64,000 bases of DNA. Origin: Hypanus sabinus. Its lineage: Eukaryota. The notes beneath the pieces were generated by a model. That model did no database searches and had not been told where the DNA came from. It worked only from the letters and a program-made list of their open reading frames with translations. The DNA lies in assembly GCF_030144855.1 (NCBI RefSeq), contig NC_082711.1:175522001-175586000 (forward strand), written 5' to 3'. Positions 50,213-63,815 of this stretch are shown piece by piece. Each line of letters begins with the position of its first letter. Position 1 is the stretch's first letter. The position numbers and the translations under genes were made by a program.

Positions 50213-50338
50213 CTGTACACTCTGCGGTCACATCGCAGCACGATCAGTGGATCAATCATCAGGTCATTCTGTGTGTACTTTTGATGGCGAAGCAGCTTGG
50301 CCTTTGGCTGCAGGGCGTTCACAGTCATCACCCAGAGC
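50213..50338 (-). CDS. INTS2: INTS2 coding exon
   Basis: LWVMTVNALQPKAKLLRHQKYTQNDLMIDPLIVLRCDRRVY; phase 2/2. Confidence 0.95.
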
Positions 50339-50706
50339 CTACAAACATAAACGTGCCATTTAAGGTGCTCAGTGAAAGCCAACAAACCAATAATCAATAA
50401 AATCAAAGTTCCATTTGATCAATCAACTCTTGGCAACTAATGAAGAATGACTACTAAAGAAACTTCTGAAATGACTGGGTAACAGACCACGTCCAGGCAA
50501 GTGGGATTAGTTAGACTGGTATCAGATGTGATGGGCTGTATTGTTCGATGCTCTTATATCATTACATCAAAAAATGCCATTACAAAATAGTAAGGGTAAA
50601 TGAACACATTGCATGGGGAGTATGGCTGAAGTTCTCGAGAAGGTTTTTAAACAAAAGAATGCTCCAAAGACCCCAGAATCAGAACTCTGCATGGAGGATG
50701 TCCTAC

Positions 50707-50908
50707 CTCCTTGGCATAACAGTGTTGAGAAGCCTCCAGAGCTGATTAACTATTTGCAGAATTTGTCGGGGAACACCTGGCTCCAGCAACTTGTATAAAT
50801 CCAACATCAAAGCTTCAGCAAATGGGATCAGCTCGCTGGCAGACAAAAGCGTCAAGTCCTCCAAGATCTGTATCAGTTGAGTGTAATTGCCAGAAGTCAC
50901 CTGGAAAG
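50707..50908 (-). CDS. INTS2: INTS2 coding exon
   Basis: AFQVTSGNYTQLIQILEDLTLLSASELIPFAEALMLDLYKLLEPGVPRQILQIVNQLWRLLNTVMPR; acceptor at 50909-50910 is required by phase. Confidence 0.92.
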
Positions 50909-51487
50909 CTGGAGATGACAGAATAACTGGAATTGTCAAATAAGATGATAAAAGAGAATGTCTCTATGTATGGTGGTACTATTGATAGTTTTTTTAAAAA
51001 ACGGCCAGAAGATTCAATGCATTTATACAATTTCCAAATCTCGGTATTCCAAATAAGACCATAAAACTTAAGAGCAGAATTAGACCATTCGACTCAAAGT
51101 CTTTCTATCATGGCTGATTTATTATCTGTCTCAATCAATCCTGTTCTCTTGCTACTTGTGATATTTTCAGTGTCATCTAAACTCAAGACACCAATCCTCA
51201 CTTTTCTTAAACTACGTGGCCAGAAGACCATTAAGATGTAGGAATTAGGTTATTTGGCTCATCAAGTCTATTCTGCAATTCAATCATTGCTGATTTATAT
51301 TTCCCTTTCAACCATTCTCCTGCCTTCTCCCTGTAACCTTTGATGTCCTTACAGTCAGACTATAGATCAACCTCTGCTTTAAGTGTATCCTGTGACTTGG
51401 CCTCCACAGCTGTCTGCAGCGATCAACTCCACTCTCAATGAAATACCTCCTCATCTCTGGTCTAAAGGGATGTCCTTGTATTCTGAG

Positions 51488-51590
51488 GCAACATGAGTGA
51501 TGAAGGATTTCAGCCCGAAACTTTGTTACTACCTCCTCCCATAGATGCTGTCTGGCCTGCTGAGTTCTGCCAGCATTTTGTGTTTTTATA
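51488..51590 (+). mobile_element. Family-B terminal-repeat mini-insert inside a CR1 relic
   Basis: 15-bp TSD TCCTTGTATTCTGAG at 51473 and 51591; begins near gTGATGA-aGGATttcaGCCC-GAAAC. Confidence 0.8.
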
Positions 51591-51889
51591 TCCTTGTATT
51601 CTGAGTCTGTACCCTCTAGGTCTAGACTCTCCCACTATTGGAAAAATCCTTTCCATGTCCACTTTTTCTAAACCTTTCAATATTTGATAGGTTTCAATGA
51701 TTCATTCTTCTAAACTCCAACAAATACAGGCTTAGAGCCATCAAACACTCCTCATAAATTAATGATTTGATTTGAGATTATTCTTGTAAACTTCCTCTGG
51801 ATCCTCCCCAATGCCAGTACCTCTTTCCTTAGAGATATCATCAAGATGTGCAGTTGTTCACACAACACAGTCAGCTTTGGCACTGTTAC

Positions 51890-52054
51890 CTTCCTGCAGC
51901 TTCTTGGGTGAATGGTGCTTGGCCCGACTGGTCAGAAGCATTCTACTGAGCAGGACCTCTGTGCCTGTGACTTCCTCCTCACATATCCAGTCATCCACCA
52001 TGCACAGGTGAGGGAAGTTGGTAGCCAGCAGGCGCAACAATGCAGAGTGTAGGC
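51890..52054 (-). CDS. INTS2: INTS2 coding exon
   Basis: GLHSALLRLLATNFPHLCMVDDWICEEEVTGTEVLLSRMLLTSRAKHHSPKKLQE. Confidence 0.95.
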
Positions 52055-53235
52055 CTGAGGAGAGAACCATTGTCTGTTCAAGATGTGCCTCCTAACACAG
52101 AAATCTAAATGAGACTGTATCATATCGCATTGCAGCAAAAGGATGACAGTTACACAACTTTATGTGCCTCTTTTTGAAGACAACTGAATACAAGTTGGAT
52201 GACTGAAAGCCAGTTGGGAACTGCAATAATAGTTTTGCAATAGAATTAGAATCTGAACCAATACACCACAGTTGTCTTGGACTTTATAAAAAAAAGTGTG
52301 TTCCCACAATACCATTGAGTCTTCCCCAACCCGAAGCTTTAAACAGACCATGAGATTCACAGTCTGCTGAGGGCCAGATCAGTGGCATTCAGGTTTGGCA
52401 ACCAAGTTAAGTACAGAGCTTCAGGTACAATACTTCCGGTCTAGATGGTTTTAGTAAACAATGCTTCCTTGGGCAACATCTTTCAGATAGCAAACCTTTC
52501 CAAATATTTCACTCTTTCTACACCTTCTGCTTGCTCTTTGTCCTTTCTGTGTTCACAGAAACTGTTGGAGCCTGTGACACACAGTCTGAATCTCAACCAA
52601 AGATGTATCTGGAGAGCTGCCTCGTGGAGATCAGATATGGGAGGCCGACTAGGTCCAAGAACACAAGGTAACTCATGGAAAAGACCAAAGATGAAGTGCA
52701 GGGTCATGAATGCCTCCATCTCAAAGCAGCGAGGAAGACTGAAGCATCAAGATGAATGCAGAGGGGGTCAGTGATGGTTCAGCACGAGACAGTCTGCAGC
52801 CGGATCTGTGCGTTTGGAACCTGGTTGCGGACACTCTGTATGGAGGACTGAAGCTGTGTAGCTACTCCTCCTTGTACACAGCAAAAAGACGTTTCCCATA
52901 TTCTGAGATTTATGTGATTATTGGACTGTCCTTTATATTAGTTTCCTTTAGGTTTTCTGTGTTTTCTTGTGGATGATCTGTTAATTTTTTGTGTGTAATG
53001 GGAGCTCGGGGCTCGATGCTACTGTTGCTGTGTAAGTGAGGGGGTTGGGGATTGTTATGTGTAGCGGGTTATTGTGGCTGTTTTTTGCTGCAGACAAGGG
53101 GAAATTTTGGGGTCTGTGAGTTTTGTTTCTTTTTTTCATGCCATTGGGGGTGGGGCAGTTGATGACTTTTCTTTCATTAACACTCATGGTCTGGAATAGA
53201 CAAATATCAAAGTTGCATTATATATGAACCTTTGA

Positions 53236-55010
53236 TCTCCAGAAAGCCATCTCATGTGCGAAGTGGCAATTCCAGACCAAACTTGAAGGGTGCTCGGCAG
53301 TTGTGGCAGGGCTTGAATACCATCCCCTGCTACAGAGTGGAACTAACCGACAAGGCTTCCTTTACAGACTAGCTCAATGCTTTTTATGCTTGCTCTGACT
53401 GTCAAAACATGGAGGTACTTCCATGAACTCCCACAGCCCTCCAATGACCCTGTAATTTCAGTCTCTGAGGCTGATGTGAGAGCATCCTTCATGAGGGTGA
53501 ACCTACCAGAGCTAATGACCTATGCTGATTAACTGGCTGGAGTATTCACCGATATCTTTAACCTCTTTCTTCTGCAGTCTGAGACACCCACCTGCTTCAA
53601 GAACATGGTAACCTGCATCAATGACTCAATCCAGTAACACTTACATCAATTGTGATAAAGTACTTTGAGGGGTTGATGATGAAACACATCAACTCCTGCC
53701 TCAGAAATGACTTGGATCTGTTCCAGTTTGCCTACCGTCATAGTAGATCAACAATAAAAGCAAATGAAATGACATTTCCCTCAATCCTGGAACACCTTGA
53801 CAAAAAAAGTTGCACACATCAGGATGCTGTTCATTGACTACAGTTCAGCATTCAATAATATCACCACTTCAAAACTAAACAATAAGCTTCTAGACATTGG
53901 TTTCAGTGCCTTCCCGTGCAATCAGCTCCTCCATTTCCTCACTTACAGACCCCAGTCAGTTCAGATTGGCAACAACACCGCCCCCATAATCTCCATCTAC
54001 ACAAGTACACCACAGGTGTATCTCTGCTTTATACCTATGAAAGTGAGGCCAAGCTCAGTTCCAATGGCATATTTAAATTTGCTGACGACACTACAGTTGT
54101 TGGCCAAATCAAAGGTAGCGATGAATCAGCATATAGGAGGGAGGCTGAAAATCTGGCTGAGCAGTGCCACAACAACAACCTCTCACATGTCAAGAGGACC
54201 ATGGAGCTTATTGACTTCAGCAGGAAACCGGAGGTCCATGAGTGTGTTCTCATCAGGGGATCAGAATTGGAGAGGGTTAGCAAATTCTTCTGTATTTTCA
54301 TTTCAGAAAACCTGTCCTGGGTCCAGCACACATGTGCCATTACAAAGAAAGCACAGCAGCACCTCTACTTTCTTAGAAGTCTGTGAGGATTCAGCACGTC
54401 TTCTAAAATGTTGACAAGCTTCTAAAGAAGTGTGCTGAAGAGTATATTGACTGGTTGTACCACTGCCTGGTATGGAAGCCCTAATGCCCTTGAGCAGATA
54501 AGCCTACAAAAAGTAGTGGATATGGCCCAGTCTATCACGAGTAAAGCCGTTCCCACCACTGAGCACATCTACACACTGCGCTGTTGCAGGGGAAGAGCAT
54601 CCAAAGAACCCCTACCATCCATTCTTCTCACTGCTGCCACCAGGAAGGTGATACAGGAGCTCCAGAGCCCACATCATCAGGTTAGTGAACAGTTATTATG
54701 CCTCAACCATCAGGCTCTTCAACCAGACAGGATAACTTCACTCATCCACATCACCGAACTGTTTCCACAACCTATGAACTCAATTGTACTGATCCTTCAT
54801 TTTATGTTTCTGATATTTAGTTTATTATTATTATTTATTTTTGTATTCAGTTTTTCATTTGCACATTGATTGTATGCCTGTCCTGTTGATTATGGTATTT
54901 CATCGATTCTATTATGTCTCTCTGTGAATGCCCACAAGAAAATAAATCTCAGGGCTGCATATAGTGACATATATGTACTTCCATAATAAACTTACTTTGA
55001 ACTTTGAATT
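53236..55010 (+). mobile_element. Rex1/Babar-like LINE
   Basis: [48 protein letters not shown]; tail tttgaactttgaa. Confidence 0.88.
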
Positions 55011-55761
55011 AAGAGGAAAATTGCAGGAAATACATCTGACAACCAACTGAAATTTAAATTCTAATCTCTGCACTTTCCAGCCTTTCATGAAGGTGTGCGT
55101 GCTTGGAGGATTTATTTCACCAACAGTAGCAGCATTCTGGTGCCTCATCTGACCATCCTTCTGTGAGCACTGATAGCGATCTGAATCCAGCCTTGTTCTC
55201 ATCCAGTACCACAAATCGTTTTGTGATTGGGAAATCGATTCAGACCATCTTCCTTCCACCTTTCCCTAGCTCAGATATGTCGAGCAACCCAATCAAATGT
55301 GATAAGCAAATAAGAGACAAAACCTTCTGCGATGGCAATGGCCCATTACTATGCTTAGCACATTCTTCCCATGAAACCATGTGAAATAAGCTGCTAGTGG
55401 AAGTGGTGGATACAAGTTCAATTGCAATATTTAAGAGAAGAGAAGTCATTCAGTACATGGATGAGAAGGGAATGGAGGGTATGGTGAGGGCTGATGAGAT
55501 CAGGCAGAATAACAGTTTGGCATGCACAAGGTGGGATGAGGGTCCTGTTTGTGATGTAGTGATTCTAAGGCTATAAACTTTACAACTTCAACAGCTAGAG
55601 ACAAAGTCCAGGGACTTCCGGTAAGATGGCGATTGTTTAGTCGCTTCAAACTTTTGCTCCGTTATACTTCCTATCTTTGCACTATATGCCTCCCTTTTTA
55701 AACCTTAGTTTGTTATTTTATTAGTTTTCTTTTTTCTGCCTGTGAATACATCTATCTCATA

Positions 55762-56577
55762 ATGGCTACAAAAGGTACTAAAATCGGGAAAAAAGAAACT
55801 TCCACGGCTCTGTCGGCTGAGATTCTCACTATTTTGGAACAACATTGACAAGATACTTTAACGGGTATCAAAACTGAATTTAGAATCAATCAGCTGGAAT
55901 CAAAATTGGATTGGATTAATGCCAGAGTGGATGACAATGCTGAATATTTATCTCGCATCGACCTAACTTCTGAAGGTTTAGAACGCCGTGTTCAACATCT
56001 CGAAACTTTCTGCTCCAAGCTAGTGGAGAAGAACAGTAAACTTACTTCCAAAATGGTGGATCTTGAAAATCGGAGCAGACGCTGCAATCTGTGAATTCTC
56101 GGTTTGCCGGAGGCCACTGAAAAGGGCTCTTCCGTTGAATTTTTCTTTTCTTTTCTCTGTGAGATTTTCGGGAAAGAATTTCTTCCGACTCCACCTGAGC
56201 TAGAAAGGGCTCACAGGATTTATGTTCCTCGTGCAATTCTGGGTTCCCGTCCACGGCCAATTATTTTATGCTTTTATCGATACCAGGTGAAAAACCGTTT
56301 GATTATGGAGGCACGCCACAGAGGTACTTTTGCTTTTCAAAACACGAATATTCGTTTCGTGGAAGATTATGCTCCCCAGGTTCTGAAGATGCGTGCTGAG
56401 TTTAAAGGCGTAATGAAAGTGCTTTTTGATCATGGATTCAGACCTTCTCTTCGTAATCCAGCCGATCTTCGAATTACACTTACTACTGGAGAATATAAGT
56501 GGTTTAAATCAGTGAAGGAGGCTGAGTTGTTTGTTGGAAATCTTCCAGCCATCTTGACTTCTTCGGAACCGGTCTGA
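55762..56577 (+). pseudogene. L1 ORF1 (RNA-binding protein) with two in-frame TGA stops
   Basis: Single frame; DLENRSRRCNL*ILGLPE, LERAHR; stops at 55846 and 56092. Confidence 0.9.
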
Positions 56578-57357
56578 CTTTCTAAAATGGCTGATAAGTA
56601 CTTTTCGAAGTAAAGTTCTTTTTTCCGAACTCAGACTCTACTTGAATAATTCAGACATGAACTATTGAGATTCTAAGGGCTCTAGTTAATCACTCCCTGG
56701 ACTTGGTGCGTTTTTCCTAAATAGATGATTTAAATTTAATGTTTCCCTGTGGACTTTTAGATTTTACCTGTGTAATTTATTTTACTTCTGTATAACTTTA
56801 TCTATAGAGAACTACAATTGATCTTAATTTGTTTTGGAGGTTTGGAGTTTTTTTTATTGAAGGCCTCCCTGTTGGTTGATTTATAGTTTAAGATTTGCTT
56901 TTTTTTTGTAAACAGCTGATAAGTACTCTCTTTAAATTTATAACTTCCCCCTTCCCCCCCTTTTTAATTTTTTTTTCTTTCAATTTTTCATAGTTTCTCA
57001 CGGGTTAGTTTTTTTTCTGATTTTTTTTTGTATTAAGTTTTATACCTTTTCTGATGAAGTTGTTCCTATTTGTAATATTGCTCTCTAGTGCATAAATTAG
57101 CTATTATTTGCTATATTATATATACGGAACCTTCGTCAACGATACAGAACTGGAAGTCATTTTTGGGTTAATATTTTTTGTAGAGCTAGCTGCTTTTTTG
57201 GGTAGCCATCTAGTTTTGGGTTGTGAGGGTGGGGTGATTTCTCCAGTTCCAACACTACTCACTGTCTTTTTTGTTTTCCCTTGTTATTCAGGACGTCTCT
57301 GTCCTGATTCTACTGATTTATGTTTACATTTTTGCTCCCAGACTGATTTTTTATATG

Positions 57358-58066
57358 TGTAAAGGGGGTTTCTTCTTTTTTCTTTGTTACTGTGTATGTA
57401 ATCTAAAGGGCTTCTTTGTTTTGTTAACTAGCAGGAATGTTTCTTTGTTGTGAGAGAGTGCTGGGAGAATTGTATTCCTTCGTAAACCAAATGGGGATTA
57501 ATGTTCTTTCTTCTGAGGAAGTAAGCTTTTGTTGACGGGCTTTTGGGGAGATTGGCGCGAGGGGGTCGAGAGAGAGGACGCAATGCTGTAAGCTGAGTGA
57601 GGATCGGACCCCAAGCGGGGGTCCAATGCTGGGAGGTACTCCGAGGAGGGGGGATGAATCTAGATGTGCTTGGTTGACCACTCGGAGGGTCCTGAGCTGC
57701 GAGTTGAGGAGTTCAGAGGGTCCTGAGCTGCGAGTCGAGGAGTTTGGAGGGGATCGAATGGTGGCCAGAAGAATTCAGAAATTGAGCTCCAACAGTTGTG
57801 CACGAAGTGGTTTGGACTTTGATAAGTTTGGCGCCTTTTCTTTAATTTTTCTCTTCATATATACTGTATCGTTATTAATCACTTAGTTAGAGTAACCTTT
57901 ATAAATTGTACTCATTTAATCGCATATGGTATAGTGTCTGTTTTTGGGCGAGGCGGGGACATCACACAGCATCCACACCAGCTGATTACCCAGTTTGGCG
58001 GGTCCGAAGGCTGCTCCCCCTAGACGAAATGAGCTGAGCGAGCCTGAGGCGACCCAGGGGGTTACA
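57358..58066. mobile_element. Solo LTR inserted in the L1 inter-ORF spacer
   Basis: TGTAA...TTACA termini; 4-bp TSD TATG at 57354 and 58067; GC-richer than its flanks; internal repeat GAGGGTCCTGAGCTGCGAGTyGAGGAGTT x2. Confidence 0.85.
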
Positions 58067-58101
58067 TATGCCTACTACCGTCTATGCACTAACAATTGAT
58101 A

Positions 58102-61100
58102 ATGGTTAATACACTTAAATTTGTGAGCTGGAATGTAAAGGGATTGAATCATCCTGTTAAGAGAAGGAAGGTCTTCTCTCATATTAAACAACTCAAAGCT
58201 GACATTGCTTTCCTTCAAGAAACTCATATTCGTAGTTTTGATAATTCTCGGCTTTTGTCAAAGTGGGTGGGTCAACATTTTCATTCATCCTTTGCCGTCA
58301 AAGCTGGGGGGGGGGGGGGTTCCACCCTTATTAATTCAAATATACCTTTTGAACTCCATAATAAGATATCTGATACAAATGTCCGTTTTATTATAGTTTC
58401 TGGTAAATTATATAATACTAAAGTTGTACTAGCAAACCTATATGCTCCCAATGTTGATAATGTTAATTTTTTTGAACGTTTTTTCCCCTCACTACCAGAT
58501 TTAAATTAATATTCTCTTATACTGGGTGGCGACTTTAATTGTTGGTTAGATCCTAATTTGAATCAATTGTCCTCTGTTACTAGATCACCTACTAAATCTG
58601 CTTTAGCTATTCACTCTTTTCTTTCTAACTATGGTATCTCAGATATATGGCGTTTCCTTCATCCTACTGAGAGAGATTATTCTTTTTTTTCACATGTTCA
58701 CCATACCTTTACTCGAATTGACTATTTTTACTTGATAATCTACTTATTTCATTTGTCCATTCTTGTGATTATCAGAGTATACTGATTTCTGATCATGCCC
58801 CAATTACTTTGTCTTTAAACTTTCCTGGTCTCCCTCAGAGGAATAAACACTGGCGATTTAACTTGACTTTATTATCGGAAGATGATTTTCTAAAATTTAA
58901 GGATCAGATAACTTTTTATTTTAACACTAATACATCATCTGAAATGTCATCCCAGATTGTCTGGGATGCCATGAAAGCATATTTGAGGGGTCAAATAATC
59001 TCTTATACAGCAAATCTTAATAGGAAGTCCCATATAGATCGATTAGACCTAATCAATCAGATTAAAGAATTAGATCAATTGTATGCTCAAACTAATAATC
59101 CTGAATTATACAAGAAGCATGTAGAGCTTCAAACTAAATTTGATCTTCTGTCTACTCAACCTGTTGAACACCAACTTCTTGAAAGTAAGAGTCGCTTTTA
59201 TATTCATGGTGATGAATCTGGTAAATTGCTAGTTAATCAGCTGAGGCATTCAAAGCTAAACAACATATTACAAAGATCCGGAAGGAGAATGGGGATTTTA
59301 CGTCAGATCACTAAGAAATCAATGACGTATTTAAAAATTTTTACTCTTGGCTTTATTCCTCTGAATCTCTGAATGAATATTTCTGTTGATCTTTTCTTAA
59401 ATAATCTGAATATTCCTTCGCTTTCATCTTATTTTAAAGCAAAACTTGAGCCTATATCATCAGAAGAAATATCTTCTGCAATTTCTGCATTGTCTTCAGG
59501 GAAATCTCCTGGACCTGATGGGTTCCCTGTCGAATTTTTTAAGTCATTCTCTTCACTCCTTTCTCCTCAGTTACTCTCAGTACTATCTGACTCGTTTAAT
59601 TATGGTAAATAGCCACCCTCTTTTAATGAGGCATCTATTATTCTTTTATTAAAAAAGGGTAAAGACCCAACAGAGTGCTCCTCGTATAGGCCGTTTTCTT
59701 TGCTTAATGTTGATATTAAAATCTTGGCCAAAGTTTTGGCTCATAGATTAGAAACTGTTATTCCCTCTATTATTTCTGATGATCAAACTGGTTTTATTAA
59801 AAACCGTCTTCCTTTTTTTAACATTCGGCGTTTATTTAACATTTTATATTCACCTTCAACTGGGATTCCTGAATGCGTTATCTCTCTTGATGCGGAGAAA
59901 GCATTTGATCGTATAGAGTGGAAGTACCTCTTTGAAGTTTTAGAAAAATTTGACTTTGGTCAAAGTTTTATCTCTTGGATCAAATTGCTGTATCTGTGTC
60001 CTACCGCCTGTTTTGACTAATTTTCAGAAATCCCAGCTATTTAACCTCAAACGTGGCACCCATCAAGGATGCCCTTTAAGTCCCTTTCTCTTTGATTTGG
60101 CTATAGAGCCTCTGGCGATAGCATTCCGAAGCTGTCCTGAACTGACCGGGATCTGGAGGGGGGGTGTTGAACATAAAGTTTTTCTTGATGCTGATGATCT
60201 ATTACTTTTTCTTTCAAATCCGTCCACATCCTTACCTCCAATGTTTTCACTTCTTGATCAATTTAGCCAGTTTTCTGGCTATAAACTTAATTTACATAAG
60301 AGTGAACTTTTCCCAAATAATAAAGAAGCACAAGTATTAGCATTTCATGACCTTCCCTTTAAAGTAGTTCATAATCAATTTACTTACCTTGGGATTACAG
60401 TTAAAAGGAAGTTTAAAGATCTTTTTTGTGAAAATATTGCCAATCTTTTATATACTACAAAACAGAGTCTGTCACAATGGTCACCTCTATCTATGTCCTT
60501 GGTAGGTCGTATTAATGTTAAAATGTATGTTCTCCCAAAATTTTTATATTTATTTCAATCTATCCCAATTTTTATTCCTAAAACCTTTTTTGATTCCTTA
60601 GACTATTATTTTGTCATATCTGTGGAAGAATAAGCGTTCTAGAATTAATAAAGTTTATCTTCAAAAATCTAAAAAAGAGGGTGGTATGGCTTTACCTAAT
60701 TTAGCTAACATACGTTGCACTACCTTTTGGTCTTTTTTTCATAGGTTGGGTGGCAATGGAGTTGAGTTCCACTAAAGATTTATCTATTTCTGCACTTCTT
60801 GGCACTGCACTCCCTAGTAGTTTGTCTAGACTAATTGTTAATCCTCTTGTCAGACACACTTTGCGAATATGGGCCCAGTTTAGGAAATTTTATGGTTTTT
60901 ATGGTTTTTCCCTTTCTAGTCCTATCTTACATAATCACCTTTTTTTTACCTACTATGTATGACTCAACATTCTATGATTGGTATAGGAAGGGCATTAGAC
61001 ATTTTGAAGATCTTTTTTTTTATCAATAATCGCTTCACATCCTTTCAATAGCTCTCTGCTAAGTTCAATCTGTCTAATGCCCATTTTTTTAGATATCTCC

Positions 61101-61830
61101 AAATTAGACACTTTATCAATCCTTTAATTCCTAACTTCCCTGAAATGCCCGAGAAAAATGTTATGGATTTATTTCTTTCTATTACTCCACTGGGTAAAGG
61201 TTTAATATCATTTATTCGTGATAAATTAGCACTCTTACAGCATGCCCCTGTGGATAAAATTTGAATAGCTTGGGAGCATGATTTAAATATCTCTTTATCT
61301 GATGAGATTTGGGACTCGATTCTCAAATTGGTTAATTCAACCTCTCTTTGTGCTCGCCATTGCCTTTTACAGTTTAAGATTGTTCATAGAGCCCATATGT
61401 CCAAATCTAAATTATCTCGATTTTACCCTAATATTAGTCCTCTTTGTGATAAATGCAAAAGGAGCGAGGCTTCTCTTATTCATATGTACTGGTCCTGTCC
61501 TAGTTTAGAGAAATTTTGGAAAGATGTTTTTATAACTTTATCCTGTATTCTGAATCACCACTTAGAACCTAACCCTTTAATTGCTCTATTTGGTTTTCTG
61601 GGTGAGACAGATATACGTTTGAGTTCGACTAAGTGTTGAATATTATCTTTTGCTTCTCTCCTGGCTAGACGTCTAATCCTCCTTAGCCATGCATGCTCAA
61701 TGGCTTAATGATATTATGTCCTGTTTATATCTTAAAAAATTCATTATTCAATCCTTAATTCGAATATAAAGTTTCATAAGGTCTGGGGACCTTCTATTGA
61801 GTACATTCATAACTTTCCTCTTAATTAAGG
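58102..61830 (+). pseudogene. L1 ORF2 (APE endonuclease, RT, CCHC), frameshifted
   Basis: Consecutive ORF fragments from 58096 to 61639 carry EN, RT and zinc-knuckle motifs in the expected order. Confidence 0.92.
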
Positions 61831-62214
61831 TTTTTTTTCAGTCCCTTACTTTCAGCTCTTTTTTTTTGGTTAGTAGGCATTATTATCTTCTGTTTTCAAG
61901 TGTATTTACAGTTTTGGGGGTTTGAATGTCCTGATTTATATTCTCTATATTTTGTTGTGGTTGGTCTGGAGTTTTTTGTTGTTGTGGGGCATGGGGAGGA
62001 TACTAACTTCACATGACTTCAATTTGGGTGCTTTCTCAATTATCATTTTTGTATTATATTATTATTGTATGTTTTTTTGCACTGTATTAATTTTTTATTT
62101 TGGTTTGGTTTTTTTTTATTTGTAGTGTTGTAGAAAATGCATTAAAAATCAATTTTAAAAAAAGTCCAATGGAATCTCATTTCAACAGGATTGAAAAGAG
62201 TTAATAAGACCTAT

Positions 62215-62572
62215 AACAAGGATTCAAAGATATCCATAGCACATAGGAGCTGAATTAGGTTATGCAGCTCATCAAGTCCGCTCTTCCATTCTATTGTGGC
62301 TGATTTATTATTAATTTCAACCCCATTCTCCTGCCTTACCCATGTTATCTTTGATACCCTTGCAATCAAGAACCTATCAACCTCCGCTTTACATATACTG
62401 AATTGACTTGGCCTCCACAAAGGTCTGTGGCAATGAATTGTACAGATTCACAATCCTCTGGCTAAAGAAATTCTTCATCTTTGTTCTAAAGGAAAATCCT
62501 ATTCTGGTGCTGTGCCCTCTGGTCCAAGACTCCCCCACTATAGGAGCCATCCTCTCCACATCTACTATCTAG
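62215..62572 (-). mobile_element. CR1 3' fragment
   Basis: Same 3' end as 9598-9960. Confidence 0.8.
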
Positions 62573-62655
62573 AATAATGGTAGAGGAGGCATTTTATCAT
62601 CACAAAATGTGTGTTCAGTGTAGCCATACGGTACAACTGGAGTATCTGCTTTTAC

Positions 62656-62760
62656 CTCCAAGCTCCTGCTGAAGCCCTTGTGCTTGCCGAATCAAGTACT
62701 TAATAGGAATCTGGTCCATTAGTGCTGCAGAGTATGACTTGGGCTTCTTCTGCATTGCAG
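62656..62760 (-). CDS. INTS2: INTS2 coding exon (most upstream in window)
   Basis: AAMQKKPKSYSAALMDQIPIKYLIRQAQGLQQELG; phase 1/1 joins the exon starting at 52054. Confidence 0.93.
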
Positions 62761-63299
62761 CTGTAAAACACATACAAGAGTGAAAGAAATATTTAGTATG
62801 CTCACCAACGATAGCCCAATCTGACAACAATCCAATAGGATTTTAAGGAAAAATGCAAGGGTCAAATCAGAAAACTGAAACATCATTCATAGCTCAGTTT
62901 GATAAAAAACAAATTAATAGGGACTGTCAGACCAACAAATAATATCTTCATTTATGCAACAACAATGTAGGTTCCAAATCACTTAGCAGTACTTTTGCTG
63001 GGTTAAAAAAAACTGACGTTATGTGGGAAACAGAGTAGTCAATTAGCGTCTAAAAGGTTGCCATAAAGTACTAAAATATACAAAACTACTTATCTGGTCA
63101 TGTATGTTAGCTGAAGAATAATGTTTCCTAGGACAGTACAGAAAACTCCTTTGCACTTTTAAAGTTGCTTCAGAGGCTGTTAAACTGAAGTCACTTATGA
63201 AGCTAAGATTTAAGTGGACAATCCAGACAATACAGAATTCCTTAAGTAATACAGTGGATGTCATAGTGGGATTATCTGTTTAAAAATCCCCAGAGGTTG

Positions 63300-63815
63300 T
63301 CTTAAAATTGGTTAAGAAAATGTTCTGTGTGTTAGCCTTCATTAGTTGGGAGACTGAGTTCAAGAGCTGTGAGGTAATGTTGCAGTTCTATAAAACCCTA
63401 GTTAGATCTCATTATAGGAAGAACATGGAAGGTTTAGAGAATGCTGCCTGGATTAGAGAGCACGTCTTATGAGGAAAGGTTGAGTGAGCTAGGGTTTTTG
63501 TCTTTGGAGCAAAGGAGGGTGAAAAGAGACTTGGTATAAGTATAAGATGGTAAGAGTGGACAGCCAACACCTTATTCCAAGGGTGGCAATAGTCACAGGT
63601 GGTTTCTTTTTTTTTAAAAAATGACACAGAGAGGTAAATTAATTGAATACACTGCCAGGGATAGAGGTAGATACATTAGGACATTTAAGAGAATCCAAGA
63701 TAGTCTCATGAGATGAAGAAAATGGAGGGCTATATAGGAGGGAAGGGTTTAATTGATCTTGGAGTAGGTTATCGGGTTGGCACAGCACAGGTTGAAAGGC
63801 CTGTACTGTGATCTG
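63300..63815 (+). mobile_element. Old CR1 relic
   Basis: gccttcattagttggg...ttgcagttctataaaaccctagttag...tctttggagcaaaggagg. Confidence 0.65.

Larger units (their letters stand above)
55611..62160 (+). mobile_element. Full-length decayed L1-clade LINE
   Basis: TSD AAAGTCCA at 55603 and 62161; 5' CTTCCGGTAAGATGGCG; ORF1 55762-56577; ORF2 from 58102 (WNVKGLN, FLQETH, SLDAEKAFD, HQGCPLSP, ADDLL, CDKC...HMYWSC); ATTAAA at 62141 plus short A tail. Confidence 0.95.

Noticed and set aside
50901-50902. Alternative INTS2 acceptor giving an exon that starts at VTSGNY
   Set aside because: It is out of phase with the upstream exon (phase 1); the AG at 50909-50910 restores the frame and the QEAF match
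57685-57745. Direct repeat pair as a CRISPR-like array
   Set aside because: Only two tandem units with no spacers, inside a eukaryotic LTR
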